From Schmidtea polychroa (lineage: Eukaryota): a stretch of 64,000 nucleotides of DNA. A model generated the notes under the pieces. The model was not told where the DNA came from. It searched no databases and was given only the letters and a program-made list of their open reading frames with translations. Positions 21,443-50,700 of this stretch are shown here, one piece after another (position 1 is the stretch's first letter; each line of letters begins with the position of its first letter). Where the stretch lies: positions 238,020,001 through 238,084,000 of the forward strand of contig CM097885.1 of assembly GCA_044892525.1 (NCBI GenBank). Direction: 5' to 3'. Position numbers and translations under genes: made by a program.

Positions 21443-23869
21443 CTGTCAGCCAAAGTGAGCTTCCTCATTGAAATGCTAATGTTATCGTGCTCCGTTAGGT
21501 ATGCAGACCACCGATAGAAAGCATTTCTTTGTATCTAACTTCACTGATTCTTTCTTTCATATATACCTTAGGTTGTCAATTTAACTTTCAAAATCACTCA
21601 TCATAAATTCCTGATTAAAACAAATTAAAAATATCTCCAAAAGCACTACATATCCAAAAATAAATAAATTAACAAAATATTTTAACCATCGATATAATTC
21701 AATAAAAAGTTCGTCCGAGCCTCCATATCCCTTGTTTCTTTCGCATCTGCGCCCTGATTCTGGCTTCCGTGTTTGTCAGCGTACAATTCACTCAGTTTTA
21801 ACGGTCTTAGAACTCCATTGTCCTCACGAAGGCTATTGGTGCTACAGATACTGGGACGACAATATATAGGCACACATATCTCTCTGAACTCTGTCCAATT
21901 GTTTCTAGAAAAGATGTTTGACCCGTTGAAGTTTTTTTATATATTCAGACTTAAACCACGTCACTTCTTATTTTCAGCAGCTTAGTTCAAACCATTCCTT
22001 AGCTGCTGTTGGTCGTTCTTTTCTTTCTTTAATTGACCTTGATTGGTGTGGCATCTTTCCAGAACTTTATTCACTGAAAAGAAATTTGAATCTTATGCCA
22101 TTTCAACACGACAATACGCTCCATTAAAAAAGCCGAGTGTATAGGAGCATTGTATGATGTTTTGATTCTATTCTTTTTTGATAAAATGTGGTATTTTGTC
22201 CATCGAATAATTGTGTGTGTGTGTGAAAATTTTATATTCATGTTCCGACGGAAGACACTGTAAATGATCTGGTTTAGGATTTGTCAATTGTTTCCTGAGT
22301 TGTACAAAGCAATTGGACCACTGTAGAACAGGCAATTGGTTCTATGCGAAATTCAATAATTGGTCTAATGCGAGGTAAAGTAAATGGTTTATTATGGTAT
22401 ACATCAATTGGTCCATGGAATGTGACTGTCGAGCTAATGGATCACATTAAACGCACTGACGTAGGAATCAATAAAAGAATTTTACACCTCACAATGGGCA
22501 GTTATTACTGTTTAACTATTTAGTTAATTTAATTTTCACCCGAAAAGATTTTGTTTTTGAAATCATCACATTTTATGAACAAAATATAAATTAGTTGAAT
22601 AATAAGAGATTAATGTCAATGAAAGTGGATAGATCAAAATATAATTAAATAGTACCTTGCTGATTATTATTGAATGGAATCAGGCGCAATTTATTAGAAT
22701 ATTGTAACAGGTTTCCTCCCCATTGAATATTAAGGATTAATGGTTCAATTAACCACTTAACTTCCTCATTTCCCCATAAGATCTGCAGTAAAATATTCTA
22801 TTTTACTCAAAGATTTTCTAACAAAAGTTTAGGCGTTGACATTTCATCAATTAATTTATTTGATCTCTAGTATATTCACTAATCTTAAAAGTTACCATTG
22901 AATTTTAAACTTTCAAAAGAATTGTCTCAAGTCAAGGTCTTCTACCCAACACGACTTTTTAAAACTTAATCTTGAGGTATGTGACTGATCCTATCATTTC
23001 TCGAAGTGTTTCATATGAAATGTGGCTTATTTATATCAATTGCCGTAAATGCCGATTTGGTCACCAGTTTGTTGGTGTTGACGCCACCTGATCACGTTAT
23101 TGTATTTTGACAATACAAAAACAATCTTATTTCTATCGCAAGACATTATATTTAATGAATCGCACTCAGGGGGCAACAAAGAAAATTAAATCTGATCTCG
23201 TTAAGTTATACTCCAAAAGTGGATCGTTCGAGTTTACCACAGAACATTCTTCCATTTTTAAAAGTTTATTTCAGTGATATAGAGAAATATTTTATCTACA
23301 TTGTCTAGGGATTCTTAAGAAACGTGAACAGTTAGCTTTTCAGAATTATTATCAAATAAATAAATTAAATCCTACATAATTGTAGTCATTTAAATTTTAT
23401 ATAGATTTCGATAAGACCGTCTAACGGGTGAACTGTGTGTAACTCAACTAAAATGCTACTTCTCGAGTACAATATAAACGAAACATTATGATTCGTGCGG
23501 ATTTAGCTATAGGCCCGAATGTGCGGAATCCTCCTTCACACCCACGCAACAAAATCTAAACCCGACACCGGTTATGATGATAAACGAAGTGATTTGAAAT
23601 CTATTTTTAATGAAAGATTATAACAAGTAAACAATAATTGGAATAACAATATATTTATTTGATTAAATGCGGCTAATAAAGAACTACATAATCTTCCAAA
23701 CATTCATATGTATATCTATTCCTACAATATACCTGTGAGATTTATCATGAAAGTAATTTCTATTCAAACTTTTTTTACGTTAAAATGTTTGAAGCTAAGT
23801 TTATATCAAACCGAATCAAGAAAATACATAAATGAAAAATTTCACTAAACCCGAAGTATATCAATCTGT

Positions 23870-40894
<17,025 letters not shown>

Positions 40895-41519
40895 TTCTGA
40901 AATAAAATATTTTAATAATTAATGAGTTGTAGAAACATGTGTTGTTATTTTTATTTTTGGTAAATGCATTAATTAGGTGTAGAAAAATAAATTTTCTCTA
41001 TTGAATATTTAGATTAAATAACGAAATATTTGTGGACACAACTTCCAATCAATTGTTGGCAGGAAAACCCTCACTTGATTTTCAATTAAAACATTCAAAT
41101 CCCATATTTAACAATAATATGTGCTCATTACCAATAATTTCCTATTAATAAAACTTAAAGAGTAGTAATTGAAAAATGAAAAATTTCATATCATTATATA
41201 CAAACTATACAAGCTACTACATACTTTAAAGGGGGTTCAAATATTTTTTGTCAAGAATCGAGCTAGCACATCCTATAATATAAAATAAGTATAAATATAA
41301 AGATCCCTAACATCAGATGGAAAATACTGCCCATTACCCAATCCTCCAAATACCCCTTCTACTAAATTTTTTACACCACTGTGTACTCATCCCGAAAAAG
41401 GTTTTACCTCTTTAAAAATATATTTTTTTATTTTTTCATTCCACAGATTTCAAAGATTTTCAATTCATTCGAATCGTAACCATTTCCTCTACAAATTGAT
41501 AATATCGATTTACCCGATA

Positions 41520-42115
41520 ATCCTTTTAATGATTTCTTTTATTAATTATTGTAAAAGAGACTGATGATAAATTTATTAAAAATCCTAAGGATTTATGATT
41601 GAGAAAATCTGGGTGTGATTTTGTTGAGGTGTGTGAGTTAAATAGTGTGGGTAAGGATGATGAGCCTAAATTTGTGTTATTATTGCTGTACTCAGAAGGT
41701 TTTAGGGATTATAAAGCGAAGATAAAAAAGTAGTTAGGGAATTTAAACTATAGGATAGTGTCGAATTCATGGAATGTACGCAATATGTTTATTAACTAGT
41801 ATATTAATAATTATGTTTTGATCTCGTTTATCAGTTTACGTGTAATGGGTGTAATGCCACATACATTGGAGAGACTTCCCGTCATCTTTGTATTCGAGCT
41901 CTAGAACCTTATAGACCGAAGGCATTGACTAATATTAGTGAGCAAAATAATTGCAGAAAGAGTAAAATAGACATGTCTGATTTTAAAATTTTATTATAAG
42001 TTTTGATAATTATTGGGAACGTGTTATTTGTGAGGCATTATTGATAAAGTCATTGAATTCGAATATTAATGTGCAGAATGCAGTGAATACTTGTGTTTTA
42101 AATGTTTTTAAATAT
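41520..42115 (+). pseudogene. Decayed Penelope-like GIY-YIG fragment
   Basis: Nucleotide homology to 54240-54887 (e.g. GATCTCGTTTATCAGTTTAC.TGTAATGGGTGTAATGCCACATACATTGGAGAGAC), with stops and deletions. Confidence 0.85.
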
Positions 42116-42289
42116 TTTTTGTATATTGTATGTATCGATTGTTGTTGTTAAATTAAATAATTAATAAATTTTTAAATTAAATTCAATATTTTAAAATTTT
42201 AAAAATAATATATTATTTGAATTATAATTTTTTAAAAGAATAAAATGTTTTTATTAAAAATTTTTTTTTAGATAATTAATAATTAATAC

Positions 42290-42583
42290 TGTTAGACGCA
42301 ATTAAATTCAAATCTTCTTCAAGCATTTATTTTTTATAACAACTTCAAAATTGTGCCGTTTACTAGCGTATTTAAACACCGAGGCGTGATAATTATTAAT
42401 ATTAATGTAATTACTGGTCATAAATTTAATTGATTTAATTTAATATAATTTAATATAATATGATATAATTTAATGTAGAATTTAAATATAAAAATTTAAC
42501 AGAAATAATTATTTCTACTAACTGATCTCACTTCTACAATTTAACCATAATAATTTTATATAGAGATTTACTAACTCTTTACA
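42290..42583 (-). repeat. 3' LTR of the interrupted Gypsy element
   Basis: Minus strand TGTAAAG...TCTAACA, directly after the PPT AAAGAAGGGGGGA. Confidence 0.8.
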
Positions 42584-44207
42584 TCCCCCCTTCTTTAAAA
42601 TTCTTTAACTTTTCTATATCCCTCGTTATTTTTCTCCCGTTTTCGTCTGTTAATATGTAACTTCTTTCATGATTTCGTTTTATTACTGTGTATGGTCCTT
42701 CATATCTCTCGTGATCTTTGTTTCTAATTTCTTGTTTCACCAATATCTTGTCCCCCACTGTTAAGTTCCTAGTTGTGCCAATTTCTTTCGCTTGCTGTTT
42801 TTTAGCCTCTAATTTCCGCATGATTTCATTTCTATCCACTTCATTATTACTATGCCATTGCGATCTATTAATCTTTCTTCCAAATATAATTTCTGCTGGA
42901 CTCACTCCAGTAGTTTTTTGAGCTGTCGCATTTAAAACGTATTCTATATCAGGTATTAATTCTGCCCAGCCTTTTTTAACTCCTTCTCTGAGTGACGCGT
43001 TAATATAGTCTCTTATAGTACGAAATTGTCTTTCAATTACACCATTAGTATTATGATGATACGGACTCGAAAATATCAACTCAATTCCTGCTGCCTTTGC
43101 TAGTTCTTTAATACTATTTGCTTCGAAATTCTTTCCACAATCAACATGTAGTTCCTTAGGGGCTTCAAATTTCAATATCCAATTATTTAACAAAACTGCC
43201 TTTATTGTATTTTTATCTTGCTTTCTATTAGGAGTTAGAGATATGTATTTACTGTAATGATCGATTATTGCACAAATATATTTTTCTCCTCTGAAGGTTT
43301 CTCTTAATGGACCGCAAATATCCATGTATATTTTCTCCATAGGTTCTGAAGCTTGAATTACTTGGGTTTTTTCTTTTGACCTTGTAGTTAAAACTTTGTT
43401 TTTCTGACATGCTTCACATATTGAAATAGTTTCTTTTACTTCATTTAGCAAATCTTCCATATCAAAATTGTTCCTAATATATTTCATAACTTTTTCTACT
43501 CCTGTGTGGCATAATAATAAATGTGTTTCCTTAATCATTTCTCGTATTTTTGTTTCTGGTATCCATATTTTGTTTTGATTGGTATAGATAATATTTCCTT
43601 TTAATATATATTTATTATTTTTCCTTTCATTTATTTGATCTTTTTTTTGATCTTCTTGTATTTCTGCATTATCTCTTTGCCATTCATTTTCATTATTTTC
43701 GGTCATCAATGTTAACAATCTAGTTTTTAATCGCCCTGATTTTGAGTTATCATGGTCCATCAAACATTGTACACATTTGCCGCATGTATTTCTAGACAGC
43801 ATATCTGCATTCGTATGCGCCGTACCTTTTCTAAACTCCATTTTTATGTCTAAACTGCTCAAGTAATTTATCCACGTTTGGAACTGTGCTGTTATAGGCT
43901 TCTTTGTCGTTAACATAAAAGTTATTGCTTTATGATCAGTGCGCAAAACAAACCGTTTACTGTATAAATAATGGTTAAAATGGCGACAGAAATAATATAT
44001 AGCCAAAAGCTCTTTTCGTGTTATACAATATCCTCTTTCATGACTACTCATTGCATGGGATCCATATGCAATAACGTGTTCATGCCCCATTTCATCTCTT
44101 TTTGATAATACAGCTCCAATTGTAGCAAAGCTTGCGTCTGTATCTAATATGAATTCTTTCTTGAAATCTGGAAATACGAGAATTGGCGCTGTAGTCAACG
44201 CCATTTT
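42579..44207 (-). CDS. pol: Gypsy pol 3' half (RT end-RNase H-integrase), open frame, interrupted at its 5' side
   Basis: Contains LDTDAS, ELLAI, TDHKAI, an HHCC zinc finger and the integrase D-D-E (YMDICG, HVDCG, VIERQF). It continues from 58875-59343 once the insertion is removed. Confidence 0.93.
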   Translation of the reverse strand, partial: KMALTTAPILVFPDFKKEFILDTDASFATIGAVLSKRDEMGHEHVIAYGSHAMSSHERGYCITRKELLAIYYFCRHFNHYLYSKRFVLRTDHKAITFMLTTKKPITAQFQTWINYLSSLDIKMEFRKGTAHTNADMLSRNTCGKCVQCLMDHDNSKSGRLKTRLLTLMTENNENEWQRDNAEIQEDQKKDQINERKNNKYILKGNIIYTNQNKIWIPETKIREMIKETHLLLCHTGVEKVMKYIRNNFDMEDLLNEVKETISICEACQKNKVLTTRSKEKTQVIQASEPMEKIYMDICGPLRETFRGEKYICAIIDHYSKYISLTPNRKQDKNTIKAVLLNNWILKFEAPKELHVDCGKNFEANSIKELAKAAGIELIFSSPYHHNTNGVIERQFRTIRDYINASLREGVKKGWAELIPDIEYVLNATAQKTTGVSPAEIIFGRKINRSQWHSNNEVDRNEIMRKLEAKKQQAKEIGTTRNLTVGDKILVKQEIRNKDHERYEGPYTVIKRNHERSYILTDENGRKITRDIEKLKNFKEGGM

Positions 44208-44286
44208 AGTAGTGGGATGTGTCACCACTGGCACATGTCACCTCTGGCACACTACCCCCCCAGGGGTTAAACGAAAGAATTTTTTT

Positions 44287-44485
44287 TCAAGGTCAAATTT
44301 TAAACAAAGACATATGACTCATCAAGGTCATTGAAACAAAGACCATGACTCATCCTATGACTCATCAAGGTCACTGAAACAAAGACCATGACTCATCACA
44401 TGACTCACCAAGGTCATTGAAACAAAGACCATGACTCATCAAGGTCATTGGATGACTCATCAAGGTCATCACCACTCAAGGTCAT
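44287..44485. repeat. Left subterminal ~31-bp tandem array (ATGACTCATCAAGGTCATTGAAACAAAGACC)
   Basis: Direct reading. A longer mirror array lies at ~58375-58810. Confidence 0.9.
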
Positions 44486-45350
44486 CATTCGAAAGGTATT
44501 TGAGAGATCTATCTAATGGTCATACCCTCGAAGGTATATGGTGGGTCAATAACCTTCAAAGGGTCAAAAACCTTCGAATTTTTTCAAACTTTATAATATA
44601 TATATCAGTCGAAAGGGATTTGAGAGGTAAGTATGATGGTCATACCCTCGAAGGTGAATGGTGGGTCAATAACCTTCAAAGGGTATCCAAAATTAAATAT
44701 TTTTCAAATCATATAATATATATATATCATTCAAAAGGACTTTTGATGGTGAGTTCGAAGGTCCAAGGGTCCAAGGTTAAAAAATTTTAAAACCTTATAA
44801 TATACATATCAAACAAAAGGTATTTGAGATGTAAGTATCATGGTCATACTTTCAAAGGTTTATGAATGGTCCTGAACCTTCAAACCTTCAAAGGGTCCAA
44901 AACCTTTAAAAATTATACATATAGATATATACATGTCAAATAAAAGGTAATACAAAGGTGAGTATGATGGTCATACCCTTGAAGGTCATACCCTCGAAAG
45001 GGTCCAAGGTTCAAAATTTTTAAAACCTCATAATATACATATCAAATAAAAGGTAATGCAAAGGTGAGTATGATGGTCATACCCTTGAAGGTCATACCCT
45101 CGAAAGGGTCCAAGGTTCAAATTTTTTAAAACCTCATAATATACATATCAAATAAAAGGTAATTCAAAGGTGAGTTCGAAGGTCAAAGAGTCCAAGGTTC
45201 AAATTTTAGAAACATTATAATATACATATCAAACAAAAGATAATTCAAAGATGAATATGATGGTCCAAGTTTGAAGGTCAAAGAGTACAAGGATCCAAGG
45301 TTTAAATTTTTCAAACCTTATAATATACATATCAAACAAACGGTAATAAA
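44486..45350. repeat. Degenerate ~120-bp tandem repeats (GATGGTCATACCCTCGAAGGT...), mirrored at ~57190-58350
   Basis: Direct reading. Confidence 0.85.
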
Positions 45351-45749
45351 AAAGTACTCATCGATGACTCATTTATTTTTTGAACAAATGCAATGACGCG
45401 CCCATGGAATTTATTATTTATTACTATCAATAGTATTATTATTATTTATTATTATTAATTTCAATATTATTTATTATTATCAATAGTATTATTATTATTT
45501 TCGAAAATATTTTCAAAATTTATTATTAATATTACTATTATTATTATTATCATCAAGTTTTCATTATCAAGGAAATTTAAACAAAGACCATGACTCAGTC
45601 GCTGAGTCATCAAGGTCATTCTATTTTTAGTAACATTTTGAATATATTTTTAGTAACATTTTTGATCCGATCATTGATCCGATGACTCGCCAAGGTCGTT
45701 CTATTTTTAGTAACAAAGACATCTATTTTTGTTCCAGCGGTTTATTTTT

Positions 45750-46181
45750 GTTTTAATTATCGATTACAAAATAATTTAATTTTGTTTAAATCGTTGATTA
45801 TTTATTAATATTTTTATTTTTGTTTTAATTATCGAATACGTAATTATTTAATTTTGTTTAAATTGTTAATTATATAATAATATTTTTATTTTTTGTTTTA
45901 ATTATCGAATACGTAATAATTTAATTTTGTTTAAATTGTTAATTATATAATAATAATTTTATTTTTTGTTTTAATTATCGATTACTCAATAACTTAATTT
46001 TGTTTAAATCGTTGATTATATAATTTTTTTGTTTTAATTGTTGATTACGTAATAATTTAATTTATCATTATTATTGGGAAAGATATTAACGCCCGCGCGG
46101 AAGATGTTATTTTCAAAATTATTATTTTCGAAGTTTTAATCAATATTATTATTATTATTATTCTTCTTCTTCTTCTTCTTC

Positions 46182-46215
<34 letters not shown>

Positions 46216-47280
46216 GTCCGAGTTTATCCGACAAAATATTCTGTCCCCCTATGTGTATTTGTTGTAAGGGTACTGGTCACATTCAACATGTCGCAAGGGT
46301 ATTAATATTATTATTATTATAACATTATTATAACTTCATTATTTTCAAGGTTATATTATTATTTTCAAGGTCATATTATTATTTTCAAGGTCATATTATT
46401 ATTTTTCAAAATATTATTATTTTCAAGGTCATATTATTATTTTTCAAATATTATTATTTTCAAGGTCATATTATTATTATCAAAATATTATTATTCTCAA
46501 GGTCATATTATTATTTTTTCAAATATTATTATTTTCAAGGTCATATTATTATTCTTCAAAATATTAATTATTTCAAGGTCATATTATTATTTTTCAAAAT
46601 ATTATTATTTTCAAGGTCATATCATTATTTGTTCCATATGTTTGAAAAACTGTAGTAGATGTCAGAGTTGTGGTGTCATAATCGATGAATCTCATTCAGT
46701 GTATTTTGTGAAATTAATGTTGTAAAACTCCTATTTATTATTATTATTATTATTACTATTATTATTATTATTATTATTTGCGAAGTTCTTATTATTTTAT
46801 TTTCTGCATCAATTTACGATTTTCAATATTTGATGATTATTTTTAGGAACATTTTCATAAATTTTAACGTTTTCATCATTTTCAATATTTTCATCATTTT
46901 CAACATTTTCAATATTTTCATCATTTTCATCATTTCCATGATTATTTTAATAATTTTCTACATTTTCAATATTTTCACGATTTTCAACATTTTCATGATT
47001 ATTTCAGAAACTTTTCATCGAATATTTTTCAAAGTATTATTTTCAAAGAATTATTTTCAAAGTATATTATTATTATTGTTATTATAATTATTACTATTAT
47101 TATTATTTTTTGCGAAGTTCTTATTATTTTATTTTCGATGTTTTATTATTATTTACTTCATAATTCATAATTCATAATTTTTAACGTTTTCATCATTTTC
47201 AACATTTTCATCATTTTCATAATTTTCACGATTTTCAATATTTTCAAAATTATTTTCAAATTTCTTATTATTTATTTTCA
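45750..47280. repeat. Internal minisatellites (~65-bp TTAATTATCGAATACGTAAT unit; ~34-bp TTTTCAAGGTCATATTATTA unit; 9-bp TTTTCATCA units), mirrored at ~55190-56800
   Basis: Direct reading. Confidence 0.85.
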
Positions 47281-47285
47281 AAGTA

Positions 47286-47372
<87 letters not shown>

Positions 47373-47493
47373 ATATATATATATATATATACTCCTAGTC
47401 TATCCGACAAAATATTTTGTCCCCCTATGGGTACTGCTCACACTCAACAGGTTGCAAGGGTACTAGTCATGCTTATTATTATTGTTATACAAT

Positions 47494-47794
47494 ATGATGT
47501 TACTTAGACATTTGAAGTTTCAACCATGGTTACAATTTCTACATTTTGAAAACACTAATTTGATTTATGAATGGATAGCAAAAACCGATTTGATTGAAAA
47601 TAAGCTAACGGAAAAAACTGAACGATGTTAAGAAAAGGTATTTAACTTGTTCAATTTGTAAAGAAAATCAAGTTTCGGTTTTGTATTTACCGTGTGGTCA
47701 CGTAATTGTTTATTCTAAGTGTCACGAGAAGAATGTTCACAATTGTCAAACCTGTTCAACACTGATTAATGAATATCATACTATATACATGTAA
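47494..47794 (+). pseudogene. IAP-like remnant (BIR C-terminal motif + C3HC4 RING)
   Basis: MMLLRHLKFQPWLQFL, then a frameshift near 47610, then CSICKENQVSVLYLPCGHVIVYSKC..NCQTC...IYM*. Confidence 0.7.
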
Positions 47795-50700
47795 GTTCAC
47801 AATACAAATCAATACAATATCAAAGTCAAATGAATTATTACCATACATAATGACGGTACTATAATGTAGAAAATTTTCAAACATTGAATAATATGAAATC
47901 ATCTTGGTAATTAAATATATTGGGCGCAACTACCAAATGTTGATGATATGATGGATGGTTTGGTATTTATAATATTATTTTTAGATTATTCAGAATGAAA
48001 TATACCCATGAGTTCATCAAAATGGGAAAAGATCTTCGCAAGAACAATGAAGATGCTGGAAAAGCCGAAGAAACCCTAATCAATATTTTAAAGTTGATAT
48101 TATGTGTTACAGTAGTATTGGTTATTATTGTTTCGTAAATAAATCTTTTAATTTGTTTTTATAAATTTATTGTTTTATTGTAATACCTTTTGATTAAAAC
48201 ATATTCATTATTAATTCATTTTGTTTTAATATTTGTATTAATTTTTAAATAGTGTTATTTGTATATATGGAAATTTACAATTATATATACAATTATATTT
48301 ACAATTATATTTACAATTATTATAAATCATAATGATGCTTTTCTTCTTTCCATTGATTCTCCTCTGATATTACTGCCATAATCATCTTCGACAAAATGCA
48401 AAGATAATATTTCTAGTGTCTTTGTTAATCATGCCCATTTATTGCAAAGTCTTTGTTAATTATGCACTTGTATTGCAAATTTATTAGTCATACAATTATA
48501 TTATTTTTTCATGCCCTGACATAATATTATTATTTATTATTATGATTATTTTATTTAACAATACCATATAGCAAATTTTTAGGCAATTTAGTGAAAAGTA
48601 CATGGTTATTTTAAATATAGCGATTTCTTAAGTAAAATATTTCCAGATAAATTTACCAATTTAGTTAGAAATCCCTGGTTTTTGGCTGAACCATTTAATT
48701 AAATATTCTAGGATTCATAACAAATATTTTGATATAGTTGATACATATACCAATTATTTCAATTATTTAACTAGAAACATAACTGAATTCTTAGGTAATA
48801 TAGTATTTTTTAGTTAATTTATAAATATAATCTGACATTTTGATGTATCAATGCAATATACAACAAATTAATCAATAAAAACCATAGCATTTTGTAAGTT
48901 TCTATATATAGTCTGAATTTATCCGACAAAATATTCTGTCTCCCTACGTGTATTTATCGTAAGGGTACTGGTCACATTCAACATGTCGCAAGGGTATATT
49001 AATTAAGGCCTATGCATATTAGTTAAAAATTCTTAGGTAATTTAGTGAGAAATGGATGATCATAGATATCAGAAATTCGTGAATAATTTGAATGTAACTT
49101 ACCGAATTCTTATTTCGAGCGACTAATTTATTGGTTAACTTTGTCATGTTTAGTCATTTATTATTTAGCAAAAGGTAATATATGCATATTTAGCATTTCA
49201 TAGGTAATTTATTCATCTAGTGTTCATTACAATAGTTTATATAAATTCGTGAGAAATGCATGGTCATTAATATATTTATTGATAATTTTGGTAGAAATTC
49301 TTTATCATTTGGAGTAAATTTCTATCTTTGTTCGAGGCAAAAAGGAATCATAATAGAAACATGATCATTTGGTTATCATTTAACCATTTAAAGTGCTTAT
49401 TAGTTAGAAATATAGGGTTACAATTCTTTTCTAATTTAATGAGATGATCATTGGGTGTAATATATCTTTGTGAGAAATATATGGTTAACATTTTTAAATA
49501 GGGATTTTTGAGTAACCAAAACATGGATATTTTGTGCGATCAATTTATGAATATTGCTTAATTTTCTCATTTTTAATCATTTAAAATAATATTTAGCAAA
49601 GGTAATTTAGCAAAATATCATTGAAAGATTTATCCATCCGATAACAATATTCCTTCAATAGATTTTTTACCCTTAATATTCAACCGATTTAATTTCTAAA
49701 AATCTAATTAAAATCATAAATTTCGTTCACTGATATCCACACCATGAATAAAATAACTTCTTAAATAAAATAATTTAAAGCAATAACCTTTGATATCAAT
49801 CCCAATTAATTCTAAAGATTTCAAATATTTCATTGTCAAAACCAAGTAAATGGATCATTAACCCTAAAAGACTTAATAAAACAGTGGATAATTAATATTT
49901 CTACCCCTTTAAATACCCCTTTAAAAATCATATATTACCATCTTAACTGAACCTTCACTAAATCCAACCGACTTTAATATATCAGCCCTTTAATATATCA
50001 ATTCTCTTAAAATTCATACAAAATTCTTCAAAATATGAATTTTATTTAATTGTTACAGGCTTCAAACATTCTTCCATTGAAATAATTTATTATCTAAATT
50101 CATATAGTAAGAGCTCACTAAAAGATCAAAATTCACTAAAATCAATATTTTCTACAAATATTTCACCACATTTACCATCAAATACCTAACTAGAGATGAA
50201 ATATATTGATTGATCATAATTCTTCATCGATTCAGTAAATTATATAGCAATTATAACGTGATATATCTTTCAAAATCACAAATTTCAGTAGATTTTACAA
50301 TAATTTTCAAGTAGATTTCAAATATATCATGATGATAAAATTAGCTGGTTTTAACTGTAGATTTTCAATATTTAAAAGTTCATCAATATTCTTAGAAAAT
50401 ATATGAAAAAATTATTTAGTCAAATTCAATATCATTACAAAGTCATCATAAAAATTAAATAATAATCACTTGATTATTGTAAAAACTCTAATTATTAACC
50501 TAACTGTCATTAAAAATAATTTTTATTTAAAATTAAATTTAAAAACAAGTCAATAAAATATAGCAAATTATCAAGAAATTAATTAAATTTGTCTTAGAAT
50601 TAACACTAAAACCTTAATTTTTTAAATATTCTTTCAATTATTCACAAAACATGTTAGTAATAATGTTAGTAAAATGCCGCTAACTCTAAAAATTTACCAA

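Noticed and set aside
21682..21985. Overlapping short ORFs as the ENaC C-terminus or a separate gene
   Set aside because: ENaC already terminates at 23870, and there is no recognisable domain or splice support.
44287..44485. CRISPR-like appearance of the ~31-bp repeats
   Set aside because: The units are head-to-tail with no unique spacers, there are no cas genes, and the context is eukaryotic.
44431..44790. ORFs in the subterminal repeats (also 57762-58340)
   Set aside because: They arise from tandem repeats and their frames differ between the two arms.
46830..47087. Hydrophobic Ile/Phe/Asn ORF duplicated at 55385-55642
   Set aside because: Low-complexity 9-bp repeat with a non-ATG start. 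The duplication is explained by the palindrome.
47900..48138. Bcl-2-like identity for the tail-anchored ORF
   Set aside because: Only a GW dipeptide and a TM tail are present, with no BH1 NWGR motif. Insufficient evidence.
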